Assembly (NCBI GenBank): GCA_943788915.1
Contig: CALSSD010000012.1
Coordinates: forward strand, 62,001 to 126,000
Length of the DNA stretch: 64,000 nt
Direction: 5' to 3'
Source of the DNA: an uncultured Acidimicrobiales bacterium
Lineage (GTDB): Bacteria > Actinomycetota > Acidimicrobiia > Acidimicrobiales > UBA10347
Below, piece after piece: positions 38,066-48,795 of the stretch (positions are counted from its first letter, which is position 1; each line of letters begins with the position of its first letter). Both the position numbers and the translations under genes were made by a program. A model generated the notes under the pieces. That model had not been told where the DNA came from and did no database searches. It saw only the letters and a program-made list of their open reading frames with translations.

Positions 38066-39532
38066 ATGTCCGCTCCCACCGACCAAGCCCAAGTCGATCT
38101 TGATGACGGCTACAAGTGGCGGGCGTTCTTTGCGATAGCGCTGTCGTTCTTCACCATGGTGATGACGATGTCGATGGTGTTCGTCGCTCTGTCGGCGATT
38201 GCGGACGACTTCGGTGTGTCGCTGCGCTCGGCCAGCTGGGTTGTCATTAGCGAGGCGCTTGTGATCAGCGCTCTTCTGTTGCCGATGGGTCGCTTCGCCG
38301 ACATCGTGGGGCGCAAGAAGATCCACATGACCGGCTTGGCCATCTTCGGAGTCGGGGCGGTCTTCACCGCGTTGGCGCCAACGTTCTGGGCACTGATCTT
38401 GGCTCGGGTGTTCATGGCAACGGGAAACGCAATGAGCCAGTCGGTAGGCACTGCGATGGTGGTGGCGATCTTTCCCGCAGCCGAACGAGGTAAAGCGATC
38501 GGCAGTCAGACAACTGCGGTTTCAGTCGGGGGAGCGTCGGGGCCGATCGTGGCCGGACTACTGCTTGAAGTGCTTCCGTGGGAGGCGCTTTTCTTACTGC
38601 TGCTCGTTCCGATAAGTATCGCGTTTGTTGCCGCGTACTTTCTGCTCGATGAAGAGCGGGTCAGCGCTGGCAGCGATCAGATCGAGGGGTCCTTCGACTG
38701 GGGTGGTGCAATCATGTCGGGACTGATGGTGGTCGTGGTCGTGCTCACCATCAACAACCCACTCGGTGTCTCCTGGCTGTCGCCCATCATTGGAGGAGGA
38801 GTGATCCTGGCCGTCGGGCTCTTGACCAGCTTCATCCGGTGGGAGCTGCGCCGTGACGACCCCATGTTGCAGCTCCGGCTGTTCAAGATTCAGACCTTTC
38901 GGCTGGCGGTCGGTACACGGTTGCTGGGGTTCATGGGTTCAACGACAACCCGTTTCCTGTTACCCATATTCTTGATCAGTCTTCGAGGAATGAGTGAAGG
39001 TGCGGCGGGCGGACTGTTGTTCCTCATCTCTCTTGGTATGGGTATTTCCGCGCAGTCTTCGGGTCGTTGGTCTGACCGGATCGGCACCCGCCCATTCGCA
39101 ATCACTGGGTTGGGGCTCTTGGCGGCCACCGGCCTAGCGATGGGTTTCATGACGGCATCAACCAACACATGGCTCCTTGCGGTCGTGGTGTTCATTTCCG
39201 GTCTCGCGAATGGCATGTGGAATGTGCCGAACAACTCGACAATCCTGGGCTCGGTCCCACCAGCAGATCTAGGTGTTATCGGCGCTTTCACCAACCTCAC
39301 CCGCACACTCGGCAACGTATTTGGTCAAGCCATTGCTTCGACCGTGGTGGTGGGTGTGATGGTGTCGCAAGGTTTCGATATTCCGCTCAAGGACATCGAC
39401 GACCTACCGGGAGCCGATAGTGCATTCACCGACGGATGGCGGGTCGCTCACTTCCTGCTCACCGGTTATGCACTTGCTGCGCTGGCACTGGCGATCCGCA
39501 CGAAACCTGCCGAGATCAATGCGGAGCGCTGA
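38066..39532 (+). CDS. MFS transporter, DHA2-like (about 14 TM)
   Basis: GRFADIVGRK, ERGKAIG, FDW.G and DPML.L.LF motifs. Confidence 0.9.
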   Translation: MSAPTDQAQVDLDDGYKWRAFFAIALSFFTMVMTMSMVFVALSAIADDFGVSLRSASWVVISEALVISALLLPMGRFADIVGRKKIHMTGLAIFGVGAVFTALAPTFWALILARVFMATGNAMSQSVGTAMVVAIFPAAERGKAIGSQTTAVSVGGASGPIVAGLLLEVLPWEALFLLLLVPISIAFVAAYFLLDEERVSAGSDQIEGSFDWGGAIMSGLMVVVVVLTINNPLGVSWLSPIIGGGVILAVGLLTSFIRWELRRDDPMLQLRLFKIQTFRLAVGTRLLGFMGSTTTRFLLPIFLISLRGMSEGAAGGLLFLISLGMGISAQSSGRWSDRIGTRPFAITGLGLLAATGLAMGFMTASTNTWLLAVVVFISGLANGMWNVPNNSTILGSVPPADLGVIGAFTNLTRTLGNVFGQAIASTVVVGVMVSQGFDIPLKDIDDLPGADSAFTDGWRVAHFLLTGYALAALALAIRTKPAEINAER

Positions 39533-39637
39533 AAAGCGACCGAGACAGGCCGAGGCAAACCTCACCCTTACGTAGAGATCCAGATCGCAGGACGTACCTG
39601 GCAGCTGCACAAGTGCTGCGCTCTGCTTCTACCGCTG

Positions 39638-39673
39638 CTCCCTGCCCCACGAGTACTCCCTGCCCCACGAGCG
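39638..39673. repeat. 18-bp tandem duplication
   Basis: CTCCCTGCCCCACGAG(TA/CG) x2. Confidence 0.75.
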
Positions 39674-40294
39674 AACGCATCCGAAACGACGACCCCCTAC
39701 GTTCAGACTCGCTGAACAAGCTTCCTGCGCCGAGGTCACGAGTCGCCTTGTCGACCTTGCCCGCTGCGCTCGCGTACGCCGCCAGATCACGCGAGTTCAC
39801 CCAAGCCCAACCGCCGACACTGAGCTCGCCGAACGAAGCTGATGTCGCGACGCTGGTGTCGATCGACAAGCCAATCTCAACTCCTGCAACCACTGAGCGA
39901 CCCGTTAGCGAGTGGCCTCTCAGGTGATGGTGCTCCCGCCGAACATGCAACCGCGTCTGGAGACAACAGCTGACCAAATCGGGTCGTTCATTACACCGTT
40001 GTCACACATCCCAGCCGGTGAGCACTCGCTGCGGTTTAGCAGCTCGCAGCAATGTAAATTCGCAGCGATGTAACTTCGTAACGTGCTTGAGGGATGCGGA
40101 CGTTCGCACAGGCATTGTCCGGCGGGTGAGTCGGACCAACCCGCACGACGGGATCGCAGGCTGTGGCTGACCCAACAGGGCCATAGGTCAAGCCCCAAGC
40201 CAACCACGTACCCAGATTCCTCGTACGGCGAGAACAGCGATAGTGATGTAACGTCAAAAATGCGGCGGTTGAGCAAGCCTTAGGGGGAAACATC

Positions 40295-41623
40295 GTGAAG
40301 TTCGTCTGGTTCAATCTCATGCCATGGCCGGATCTGCCCGATGACTTTCGGGAGACGAACCGGTCGGTATGGGTCGATATCGACAGCAAACTCTTCGATC
40401 CCGAGCGGGCGAACGGTCTCTACCACGAGTACATGGACCAACTCGAGTTCGCCGATGAGATGGGCTTCGATGGCATCGGGGTCAACGAACATCACCAGAA
40501 CGGCTACGGCATCATGCCATCGCCCAATATCATCGCCGCCGGTCTTGCACGCCGTACGAGCAATGCTGCGATCTGCGTCATCGGCAATTCGATTGCGCTC
40601 TACAACCCGCCAATACGGGTGGCCGAAGAGTTCGCCATGCTCGACGTGATTTCGGGCGGACGCCTGGTCGCCGGTTTCCCCGTGGGAACACCCATGGACA
40701 CCAACTTCTGCTACGGCCAGATCCCGGCGCTCACCCGCGACAAGTACGACGAGGCCCACGAGTTGATCATGCGGGCATGGGCAGAAGACGAACCGTTCGC
40801 CTTCGACGGCAAATACAACCAGCTTCGGTACGTGAACTGCTGGCCGAAGCCAATCCAGAAACCGCATCCTCCCATCTACATCCCAGGCGGCGGTTCGATC
40901 GAGACATGGGACTTCTGCCTGGAGCATGACTACAACTACTCGTACCTTTCGTTCAACGGCCATAAGGCTGGACAGGTATTGCTCGATGGTTACTGGGAGC
41001 GGGTTGCCGAACTCGACAAGGACGAATCACCGGGCAGGGCTTCGTTCGCACAAATCATCTGTGTTGCCGACACCGACGAGCAGGCCGAAGAACTCTACGC
41101 AGAACACATCTTGTATTTCTTCAATCGTTGCCTGCACGTGCATCCCGGGTTCGCTGACCCGCCGGGTTATCGCACTGTCAAAACGATCAAGGCCGGCAAA
41201 CTCGGAGGGCTTCGCAAAGAGAATCAGGAGATGTTCAAGACGCTCACGTGGAAGGACCTCGTCGAGGGTGGCTTCGTGATCGCAGGGGGACCAGACACGG
41301 TCCGTGAACAGCTCGAACAGATGATCAAGGACCTTCGCATCGGCACCGTGTTCGGACTCTTCCACATGGGTGATATGCCCGATTGGAAGACCAGGTTCAG
41401 CACCCAACTGTTCGCCGAGAAGGTCATGCCGGCACTGAAGAACATCTGGCCCGAACTCGAGACCGACGATCGGTGGTGGTGTCATCCGATCGAAGACCGG
41501 GTACGACCTGAGTACACGATTGAGTCGGCACGAGCGATGGCAACAGGTGTTGACCCTGCGTCCCTCCATCAAATCACTGCCGATCAAAGCGCTGCTGATC
41601 ATGGCCCCGAGGGTGTGATCTGA
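40295..41623 (+). CDS. LLM-class flavin-dependent monooxygenase
   Basis: GFDGIGVNEHH, P.RVAEEFAMLD.ISGGRL and PKPIQKPHPP motifs; AGGGGGA RBS. Confidence 0.92.
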   Translation: MKFVWFNLMPWPDLPDDFRETNRSVWVDIDSKLFDPERANGLYHEYMDQLEFADEMGFDGIGVNEHHQNGYGIMPSPNIIAAGLARRTSNAAICVIGNSIALYNPPIRVAEEFAMLDVISGGRLVAGFPVGTPMDTNFCYGQIPALTRDKYDEAHELIMRAWAEDEPFAFDGKYNQLRYVNCWPKPIQKPHPPIYIPGGGSIETWDFCLEHDYNYSYLSFNGHKAGQVLLDGYWERVAELDKDESPGRASFAQIICVADTDEQAEELYAEHILYFFNRCLHVHPGFADPPGYRTVKTIKAGKLGGLRKENQEMFKTLTWKDLVEGGFVIAGGPDTVREQLEQMIKDLRIGTVFGLFHMGDMPDWKTRFSTQLFAEKVMPALKNIWPELETDDRWWCHPIEDRVRPEYTIESARAMATGVDPASLHQITADQSAADHGPEGVI

Positions 41624-41624
41624 C

Positions 41625-42422
41625 ATGGCGACGCTCGAGACGATTCGTGTGACCACCCGTCGGGGTATCGAGGGAGACGCCTTTGTTGGCGGCTCAGGGC
41701 CGGACCTCGTCTTCTTCCACGGAGCCGGTGGTGTTACCGCCGATGATCCGCTGGTGAAGGAGCTCGCGGAGTCGTTCACCGTGCACGCGCCAGTGTGGCC
41801 AGGCTTTGGCCCCGACGACACCGAGACATCGATCGAGGACATGCTCGACTTCACGCTCCACGGCTGGGATCTTGTCGACGCATTCGCGCTGCAAGATCTT
41901 CCGATCGTGGTCGGTCACTCGATGGGGGCAATGATCGCCGCCGAGATGGCGAGCGTGGCTCGCAACGATCTGGCCAAGCTCGTGCTGCTGACACCGGCGG
42001 GCATGTGGATCGACGCCGAGCCGACACCGGACCTGTTCGCGATGTTGCCGTTCGAGATGGCCGAAGTGTTGTTCCACGATCCGGTGCTGGGCGAGAAGCT
42101 GATGACCGGCGGCGCCGACTTCACGGACAACGATGCGCTCACGGCGTTCATGGTGGCCAATGCCCGGCGCATGGGAACCGCAGGCAAGATCCTGTTCCCA
42201 ATCCCAAACCGCCGACTATCGAAACGGATCCATCGCATTGGTGTACCGACCCTGGTCGTGGGTGGCGCAAGCGACGGCTTAGTTCCGCCCGTCTACATCG
42301 ACCTGTGGCGTGATTCGGTGGCAGGCTCGTCCACTCACATGATCGAAGCGGCTGGCCACATGCTCCACCTCGAACAACCAGCCGCAACCGCGACCGCGAT
42401 CCTGAACTTCCTATCTCCCTAG
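41625..42422 (+). CDS. alpha/beta hydrolase
   Basis: HGAGG, PGFG, GHSMG, D.LVP and AGH motifs. Confidence 0.9.
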   Translation: MATLETIRVTTRRGIEGDAFVGGSGPDLVFFHGAGGVTADDPLVKELAESFTVHAPVWPGFGPDDTETSIEDMLDFTLHGWDLVDAFALQDLPIVVGHSMGAMIAAEMASVARNDLAKLVLLTPAGMWIDAEPTPDLFAMLPFEMAEVLFHDPVLGEKLMTGGADFTDNDALTAFMVANARRMGTAGKILFPIPNRRLSKRIHRIGVPTLVVGGASDGLVPPVYIDLWRDSVAGSSTHMIEAAGHMLHLEQPAATATAILNFLSP

Positions 42423-42514
42423 GCCAGATCGACCGTTACAGCTGCGGGAAGGCCAACGTCGGTTCGTTGGCGAGTCGTTCCCCGCAGCAGACCGTGCGTG
42501 ATCAACTCGTCGGC

Positions 42515-43548
42515 CTAGACCGAGACCAGCACTTCGCAGCCGGTGCCGGCAAGGGCAGCCTCGACCCGGTTCGGTCGGTCTCGCTTAATGCCGCATATTC
42601 GGCATGGATCCAGCTGAGGCACTTGGCCTGGTACCGAAACGGTGCTTGTCGATATGTCGCGTCACCCATTTCGCATACCACCTCGTCGGCCCCTGCCTCA
42701 AGGGCAGCAGCATTGGCAACCATGAATGGAGCGTATGTGCGCCCGGCCTCGGTCAAGATCTGGTGCACCGATGCGGGCATCTCGTCGAGCGTGAACCACC
42801 CACCGCGGCCATCGACAGGCAACCACGCCAGATCGTCCATCCATTGCACCCACATCATTGCCCGGGGAGCCCGTTCGACGGCGATGGCCATGGGGGTGGG
42901 ATCCCACCACAGCAGGGGAGTGAGTTGTCCGAAGAGTGCAAAGTCCGTTCGTGCCGGTCGTTCCCCGAAGAGGAAGTCCTGTTGGCTGAGGTGGGCCTGC
43001 AAGATATCGAGCAGGTTCTCGTACGACCGCTCGATGATGGGAGCATTCTCGTCAGTCGAACCCACGAGGGCTCGTCGCGAAACCTGACGCTCGATGAAGG
43101 AGTCGTGGGCCCGAGATGCGCGTTCGTCGCTCAATTGCAGGTTGGCATCGAACGGCAACAGGCGTCCTGACTTCTCGGTATCAACCTCGTTGACCCACCG
43201 GTAGTGATACATCGCCTTGGTCACCCACTCGTCGGCGAAGTCTTCGAGCACAAAGTCGATGAAGGCAGCAGCGGCATCTGTCGGCACGATGCTGCGCTCC
43301 GCATAATCACATTCGAGGCGTGTGATCTGCGGCGACGAATCAACGATCAGTTCACCGTGATTACCGGCTTCATCGGGGAAGGCCAGAACGGGGATGATGG
43401 GTGCTGGCGCAGGGGGAGTGTCATCCCAGCGCGAACCACGCACCACCCATCGGTGCGGGATCTGCCGATACCGCAAGACTGACCGCATCTTGCGGCTGTA
43501 GGGCGAACTGTGTGCCCCGACGATGACGAGTGGATGATGGTGCTGCAC
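42515..43548 (-). CDS. glutathione S-transferase-like protein; frameshift near 42570
   Basis: SPYSRK, IPVL, DSSP.I and FLFG.RP...DFAL.GQL motifs; the C-terminus RVEAALAGTGCEVLVSV* is in another frame. Confidence 0.82.
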
Positions 43549-43608
43549 TATCCACTCATTCTTGTCGAGACGCGTGTGCCGAGTCGCAGCGACTAAAGTC
43601 CGAAGTGG

Positions 43609-44475
43609 TCACTCGTAGCTGCCAGGCGCATACAGGCGTACGGGCCGGTCCTCGGTGATCGCCTTTGGCAATTTGCGCCACGCCCTCCCGTTGAGCAGAC
43701 CACCGTCGACAACCTGTTCGGTGCCGGTGACCCATTCGCTGTCGTCAGAGGCCAGCCACGCAACGGCAGCCGCGATATCTTCCGGTTCGCCCATGCGATT
43801 CATGGCCTGAGCGTCGGATCCCCAACCGCGAGCCTTCTCAAGTCGTTCGGCCATCTCGGCCTCGTCAATTTCGGATCGTGATCGTCCAGCGGAGAGCCCG
43901 GTGGCGATGTATCCCGGGCAGATGGCATTAACCCGGATGTTGTACTCCGCGAGTTCGAGTGCGGTGGATCGAGTCAGGCCGACGACGCCATGTTTGGCCA
44001 CGGTGTAGGCATGCGAGCCGATTCCGGCGCGGAGCCCGCAGACCGAAGCGGTGTTGATGATGCTGCCGCCACCGCTGTCTCGCATGGCGGGAGTGGCGTG
44101 TTTGGTTCCGAAGAAGACGCTGGTCAACAACACGTCGAGCGTGCTCGCCCACCCATCGGCGGTTGTTGATTCGATGGGGCCACTCACGCCACCGAATCCC
44201 GCGTTGTTATGGACAATGTCGAGCCGACCCCACGTGTCGACTGCGGTCTGTACAGCAGCAGCGACGTCGGCCTCGTTGACCACGTTGCAGTGTTGAAACG
44301 TGGCGCCATTGCCGATGTCACTGGCAAGGTCGCTACCGACCTCGTCCTGGATATCGGTGAGCAGCACCCGTGCCCCCTCGGCTGCCAACCGCCGAGCGGT
44401 CGCTGCTCCAATGCCGCTGGCTGCACCGGTGACGATGGCAACCTTTCCCTCAAGTCGTGTGGTGTCGATATTCAT
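43609..44475 (-). CDS. SDR family oxidoreductase
   Basis: TGAASGIG, NNAG, YTVAK and VDGG motifs. Confidence 0.92.
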   Translation of the reverse strand: MNIDTTRLEGKVAIVTGAASGIGAATARRLAAEGARVLLTDIQDEVGSDLASDIGNGATFQHCNVVNEADVAAAVQTAVDTWGRLDIVHNNAGFGGVSGPIESTTADGWASTLDVLLTSVFFGTKHATPAMRDSGGGSIINTASVCGLRAGIGSHAYTVAKHGVVGLTRSTALELAEYNIRVNAICPGYIATGLSAGRSRSEIDEAEMAERLEKARGWGSDAQAMNRMGEPEDIAAAVAWLASDDSEWVTGTEQVVDGGLLNGRAWRKLPKAITEDRPVRLYAPGSYE

Positions 44476-44582
44476 CAAACTCTCCGTCCTCGTGCTGGCT
44501 CCAGCTAAGCAGACCAACCGCCTCGCCTGGTTGCCCGATGGCCGCGAGTTGCGTCAGGACCGACCGACTCGGGAACAGAGCG

Positions 44583-45467
44583 TTAGACGTTTCTCCCGAT
44601 TTCGGTGAGTAGGTCCCAGTCCGGCTTGACTCCGCCAGCAGCGTTGAGCGGGATCACGACTACCTGTGCGGCCCCTGCGTCGTGCTGGGCTGCGATGCGC
44701 TCATGGATGGCGTCGACCGAACCCCACGCCACGATGGCATCGACCAGTCGGTCACTTCCGCCATCGGCGAAGTCAGTGTCGTCGAAGCCGAGCGAGCGCC
44801 ACGCTCGGTGGTAGTAGTCGAGGGTCATGTAGAAGGCGATGGCTTTCCGAGCAAGCCGGCGAGCCTCGATCGGGTCCTGGCACCGAAGACACATCATCAT
44901 GGGGGAGACGGCGGCGGTGCTGTCGAGGCCCTCCAGCGTCGCTGCGGTTCGTGCCGTATGCGCGGAATTCATCAGGTAGGTGAAGACGCCATCGGCGCGG
45001 CTCGATGCGGCGCCGAGCATCTTTGGCCCATGGGCTGCAACCCATACCGGATAGTTATGAGGCGGCACATCGATCTTGGCATCACGGACCTGATCAAGGT
45101 AGGTGCTGAGTAGTTCGACCGGCGGCTCCCATGTGTGACCGCGCATCTCGATCAGACCGCGATTCGACACGCCGAGCCCGAGTTGGAAGCGATTGTTGCT
45201 GACCTCGGCCAGGGTGGCTGCGGCCGCAGCGGTGGCGGTGGCGTCTCTCGCATAGATGTTGGCGATCGCCGTCCCGACGGACAGCACGTCGGTGTGAGCG
45301 AGCAGCGTCGCCGCAGCGACGAACGGCTCACGGCCGAACAACTCGGCCAGCCACACCGAGTCGATGCCGGCGGCCTCGATGCGTTTCGCGTACTCGATGA
45401 GGTCAGGGCCGCTCAGCCGGTCGGTGTTGAACAAGACGCCAAGCTTGGGGGTCACTATCGAGTCCAT
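44583..45467 (-). CDS. LLM-class F420-dependent oxidoreductase (TIGR03620-like)
   Basis: GTAIANIYAR, LGLGVS, AHGPKML and SDRLVDA..AWG motifs. Confidence 0.85.
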   Translation of the reverse strand: MDSIVTPKLGVLFNTDRLSGPDLIEYAKRIEAAGIDSVWLAELFGREPFVAAATLLAHTDVLSVGTAIANIYARDATATAAAAATLAEVSNNRFQLGLGVSNRGLIEMRGHTWEPPVELLSTYLDQVRDAKIDVPPHNYPVWVAAHGPKMLGAASSRADGVFTYLMNSAHTARTAATLEGLDSTAAVSPMMMCLRCQDPIEARRLARKAIAFYMTLDYYHRAWRSLGFDDTDFADGGSDRLVDAIVAWGSVDAIHERIAAQHDAGAAQVVVIPLNAAGGVKPDWDLLTEIGRNV

Positions 45468-45471
45468 CAGC

Positions 45472-46509
45472 TCACCTCGGGGCGGAGAGGAGGTAGCGCG
45501 AACCGACGACACTGGGGCCGTATCGGCCGGGCGCGAATGCCTCGGCGAGTGCGACTTTGGCACGCCAGCCGGTGCAGTGCCCGGGTGCGACAATTCTTGG
45601 GTTGATGAGTTCGACCAGGTCTCGCACGGTGGCGGGTATGCGATCCTCCATCAGGCCACCGGCTAGGTGGTAACCCCCAAGTACGACGTCGATTGGGGTG
45701 TCTGGGTAGAGGGTTTTGGCACCGAGGCATGCGTTGACCACACCAGCGTGGGAACACGCAGAGAGAACGGTCACGCCTCGTCCTCGGACCTCAGCTGCGA
45801 GGAACCGTTCGTCCATGATCAACGGATCGGCTTCGCCCACATCACCACGCCATGTGTAGTGACCAGCGAGTCCAGTCTCGTACTCGGTGATTCGTTCGAT
45901 TTGACCGCTGCCCGTAAATAACCCTGCGACGGTGTGTGGTTGGTCGTTAAATACGATGTGTCCGCCGGCGCGTTCCAGTTCCTCAATCGTTGGCTCTGGT
46001 GGCAGGAGAGCGAACGTTCCGTTGGGAAGTCGACTCCCGCGTTGGTCGGGGCGATCGGGATGAAGGTCGACGATCGGGGGCGCAAGGCCTGCCTTCGATC
46101 GAGCATCAGCGATGGCACCAACCGCAGCTGGAAAGCCTGCTGAGTGATCTGCATGCCAGTGTGAAAGAAAGACCCACTCGATCTCGGCCAGGTCGATGGC
46201 GAGCCGTTCGACGTTGTCGAGCCAGACGTCGCCATAGGGCCCAACATCGAACAGCGCGGTTCGAGTCTCGTCTCCGAGCGTGCCGCGGACGAGAACGGAG
46301 AGGCCGTGGCAGGCAACGCACATGTGGTCGAACACAGTGATGCCAGGGTGCCCGTCGTGTTCACGGGTCGCCGGTAAACGCTGCAGGAGTGATGCGATCT
46401 CGGGGATCTGGTCTACACCGTCATCGATGCTGGACAGCGTGTCGGTTTCGTTGTCGACGACGACGGTCAACTCCAAGGAATCGAGGGTCGGGCCGTATTT
46501 GCTGTCCAT
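45472..46509 (-). CDS. MBL-fold metallo-hydrolase
   Basis: HGLS, LFDVG, SHWHADH, CSHAG, GGYHL and PGHCTG motifs. Confidence 0.9.
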   Translation of the reverse strand: MDSKYGPTLDSLELTVVVDNETDTLSSIDDGVDQIPEIASLLQRLPATREHDGHPGITVFDHMCVACHGLSVLVRGTLGDETRTALFDVGPYGDVWLDNVERLAIDLAEIEWVFLSHWHADHSAGFPAAVGAIADARSKAGLAPPIVDLHPDRPDQRGSRLPNGTFALLPPEPTIEELERAGGHIVFNDQPHTVAGLFTGSGQIERITEYETGLAGHYTWRGDVGEADPLIMDERFLAAEVRGRGVTVLSACSHAGVVNACLGAKTLYPDTPIDVVLGGYHLAGGLMEDRIPATVRDLVELINPRIVAPGHCTGWRAKVALAEAFAPGRYGPSVVGSRYLLSAPR

Positions 46510-46800
46510 CATGAGATGTTGGCACAGGTCGGTCCCGAGGGCCACTCGAACCATAGCGACCCGTCGTTACTCGGCCCCTTCATTGCTGGGCACAGTGCCG
46601 GCTCGCGGAAGGCGAACGCGTGACGTGCGCTGCCGACCCAAGTGCCGCAGGTGCGAGCGAACGGGTGTGCGGGGTAACCACGCGGGTCGAAAACCGGGGG
46701 CCGGTTTCCGCGTGATTTCGCGGCACCAACTATTCCTGTGAAAGTCGGGTACTCCCCGGAGAGTGCGCGGGACTAACAAGATGCAGGAAGGCATAGCGCG

Positions 46801-48200
46801 ATGGGAAATCTCATAGTTTTGGGCGGGGGCATATGTGGTTTGGCGGCGGCACAAATGTTTGCCGACGACGGCCACGATGTGACGGTGCTCGAGCGAGATG
46901 CCGATGGCCCTCCGTCTGACGCCCACGAGGCGTTTGAATGGAAGCGCAGGGGCGTGGCCCAGTTTGGTCTCGGTCATTGGATGCAGGCGCGAGGAACCTC
47001 GATCGTGCGCCAGGATCTCCCGAGGACGTACGACCGACTCCTGCAGAATGGAGGCCTGGAGTTCAACCTGGTAAATTTCCTCCTTTCCATGCAGCCCGAT
47101 GCCTCTCCTGAGGCCGAAGACGCCCGATTCGATCAGCTGACCGCACGCCGAAGCACCCTGGAGTGGGCGTTTGCAACGGCAGCAACCGAACATCATGGGA
47201 TCATGATCCGCCGAGGCGAGGCGGTTGCAGGGTTGTTGAGTAACAATTCCGGCCCGGTGCCGCGCGTAACGGGCGTGCGGCTTGAGTCGGGCGAGGAGCT
47301 CACCGCTGATCTGGTTATCGATGTAACAGGCCGACGGTCACAGACACCCGAGATGCTCGCAGCCATTGGTGCAACCGCTCCTCTCGATGATGGAGCCGAC
47401 AGCGGCTTCGCCTATTACGGCCGCTACTTCCGCTCCTCCGATGGAACGACGTCGGGCATGATCGCACCACTCCTCACGCCCTATGGGTCGTTCTCGCTTC
47501 TGACGCTGCAGCCGACAATGGCACATGGTCGGTCACGCTGTATGGCCTCTCCGACGACAAACCGTTGCGCCGATTTCGGGACTCTGACGTCGTCAAGAAG
47601 GTGCTCGATGCCTGCCCGTTGCACACCCACTGGCTCGACGGTGAACCGCTCACTGAGATCCAAACAATGGTCGGAGGCGTCGACCGACACCGTGAATTCG
47701 TGATCGACGGGGTTCCGTGCGCCACCGGACTGCTCAGCGTTGGCGACGCAAGCTCCTGCACCAACCCCTCACTCGGTCGGGGGATGACACTCGGCCTCAT
47801 GCACGTGGCACTTGCGCGGGCATGTGTGGCGGAACACCTCGATGATCCCACCGCTCTCGCGCTTGCGTTCCATGAGCGCACCGAGGCCGAGCTGCGCCCA
47901 TATCACGATGCCACTGTCGCGACCGACCGACGCCGAGTACGCGACATGATGTCGTACCGCGACGGGTTAACACCCCAGCCAACGCCTGAGGAACATGTCG
48001 CCGACGCGCTGATGGGTTCTGCGACCAGCGATCAGCTCGCAACTCGCTCGTTCGGAGACATCTACAGCTGCAATGCTGTCCCCTCAGAGGTTATGGCCCG
48101 GCCTGGCATGCTCGAGCATGCGCTCGGCCTTGCCAAGAACTTCACGGCTCAGCCGCTGCCGGGGCCAGACCGCGCCGAACTGTTGGAGCTTGTCTCGTAA
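46801..48200 (+). CDS. FAD-dependent oxidoreductase; frameshift near 47508
   Basis: GGGICGL dinucleotide fold, D.TGRRS and VGDA..CTNP..GRG motifs split over two frames. Confidence 0.85.
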
Positions 48201-48258
48201 CTGTCCACGTTGGCAACGACGTACATTCCTTCGCAAGCCCGAGAGTTGACTCAGCCCG

Positions 48259-48762
48259 CTAGTTCGTCGAGCGCAGTTCCACTACAGGGATGGGGCGCTC
48301 GGTGCGCGCCTGGTAGCCAGCAAAGGTTGCGTTCATCCCGGCTACCCATTCGAATACGTCGTCGCGTTCCGCTCCGGAAAGGACGACCGCTGCCACCGTT
48401 TGGGGCGCAGCGTCGTACGTTCCGCCATATTCGGCCACGACTTCGGGATGTGCCACCAGGTTGTGGTACCAAGCGGGGTGAGCGACGGCTCCACCTTTCG
48501 AGGCAATGATGAAGAAGCGGTCATCGCGTTCGAAAAACATCAAGGGAACAGTGCGCTGCTTGCCCGACTTGGCTCCTGTCGTAGTCAGCAACATCCATGG
48601 GTATTTGTCGAGATCGTTTGGCATCTGGCCGCCATTTTCTCGAAACGTCTGAATGAACGCCTGGTTGTAACGTTTTGTCGCCTCGCCTGGGCCTGCCTCG
48701 GACCGAATGTCATCGACCAGAACACCAAGGTTCTGCCGGTTCAGTTCTGGGGTTTCGTCCAT
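48259..48762 (-). CDS. deazaflavin (F420)-dependent nitroreductase family (Ddn-like)
   Basis: LLTTTGAKSG..R..PL, ASKGG...HPAWYHNL.A.P and YQ..T.R.IPV motifs. Confidence 0.92.
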   Translation of the reverse strand: MDETPELNRQNLGVLVDDIRSEAGPGEATKRYNQAFIQTFRENGGQMPNDLDKYPWMLLTTTGAKSGKQRTVPLMFFERDDRFFIIASKGGAVAHPAWYHNLVAHPEVVAEYGGTYDAAPQTVAAVVLSGAERDDVFEWVAGMNATFAGYQARTERPIPVVELRSTN

Positions 48763-48795
48763 GTTCACTGTCCTACCTTGTTCACTGTCCTGCCT
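48762..48795. repeat. 17-bp tandem duplication spanning a stop codon and the next RBS
   Basis: TGTTCACTGTCCT(A/G)CCT x2. Confidence 0.85.

Noticed and set aside
39516..39977. Minus-strand 153-aa ORF (and plus-strand 39436-39927)
   Set aside because: No recognisable family or convincing start signal; it could be a relic but is unsupported.
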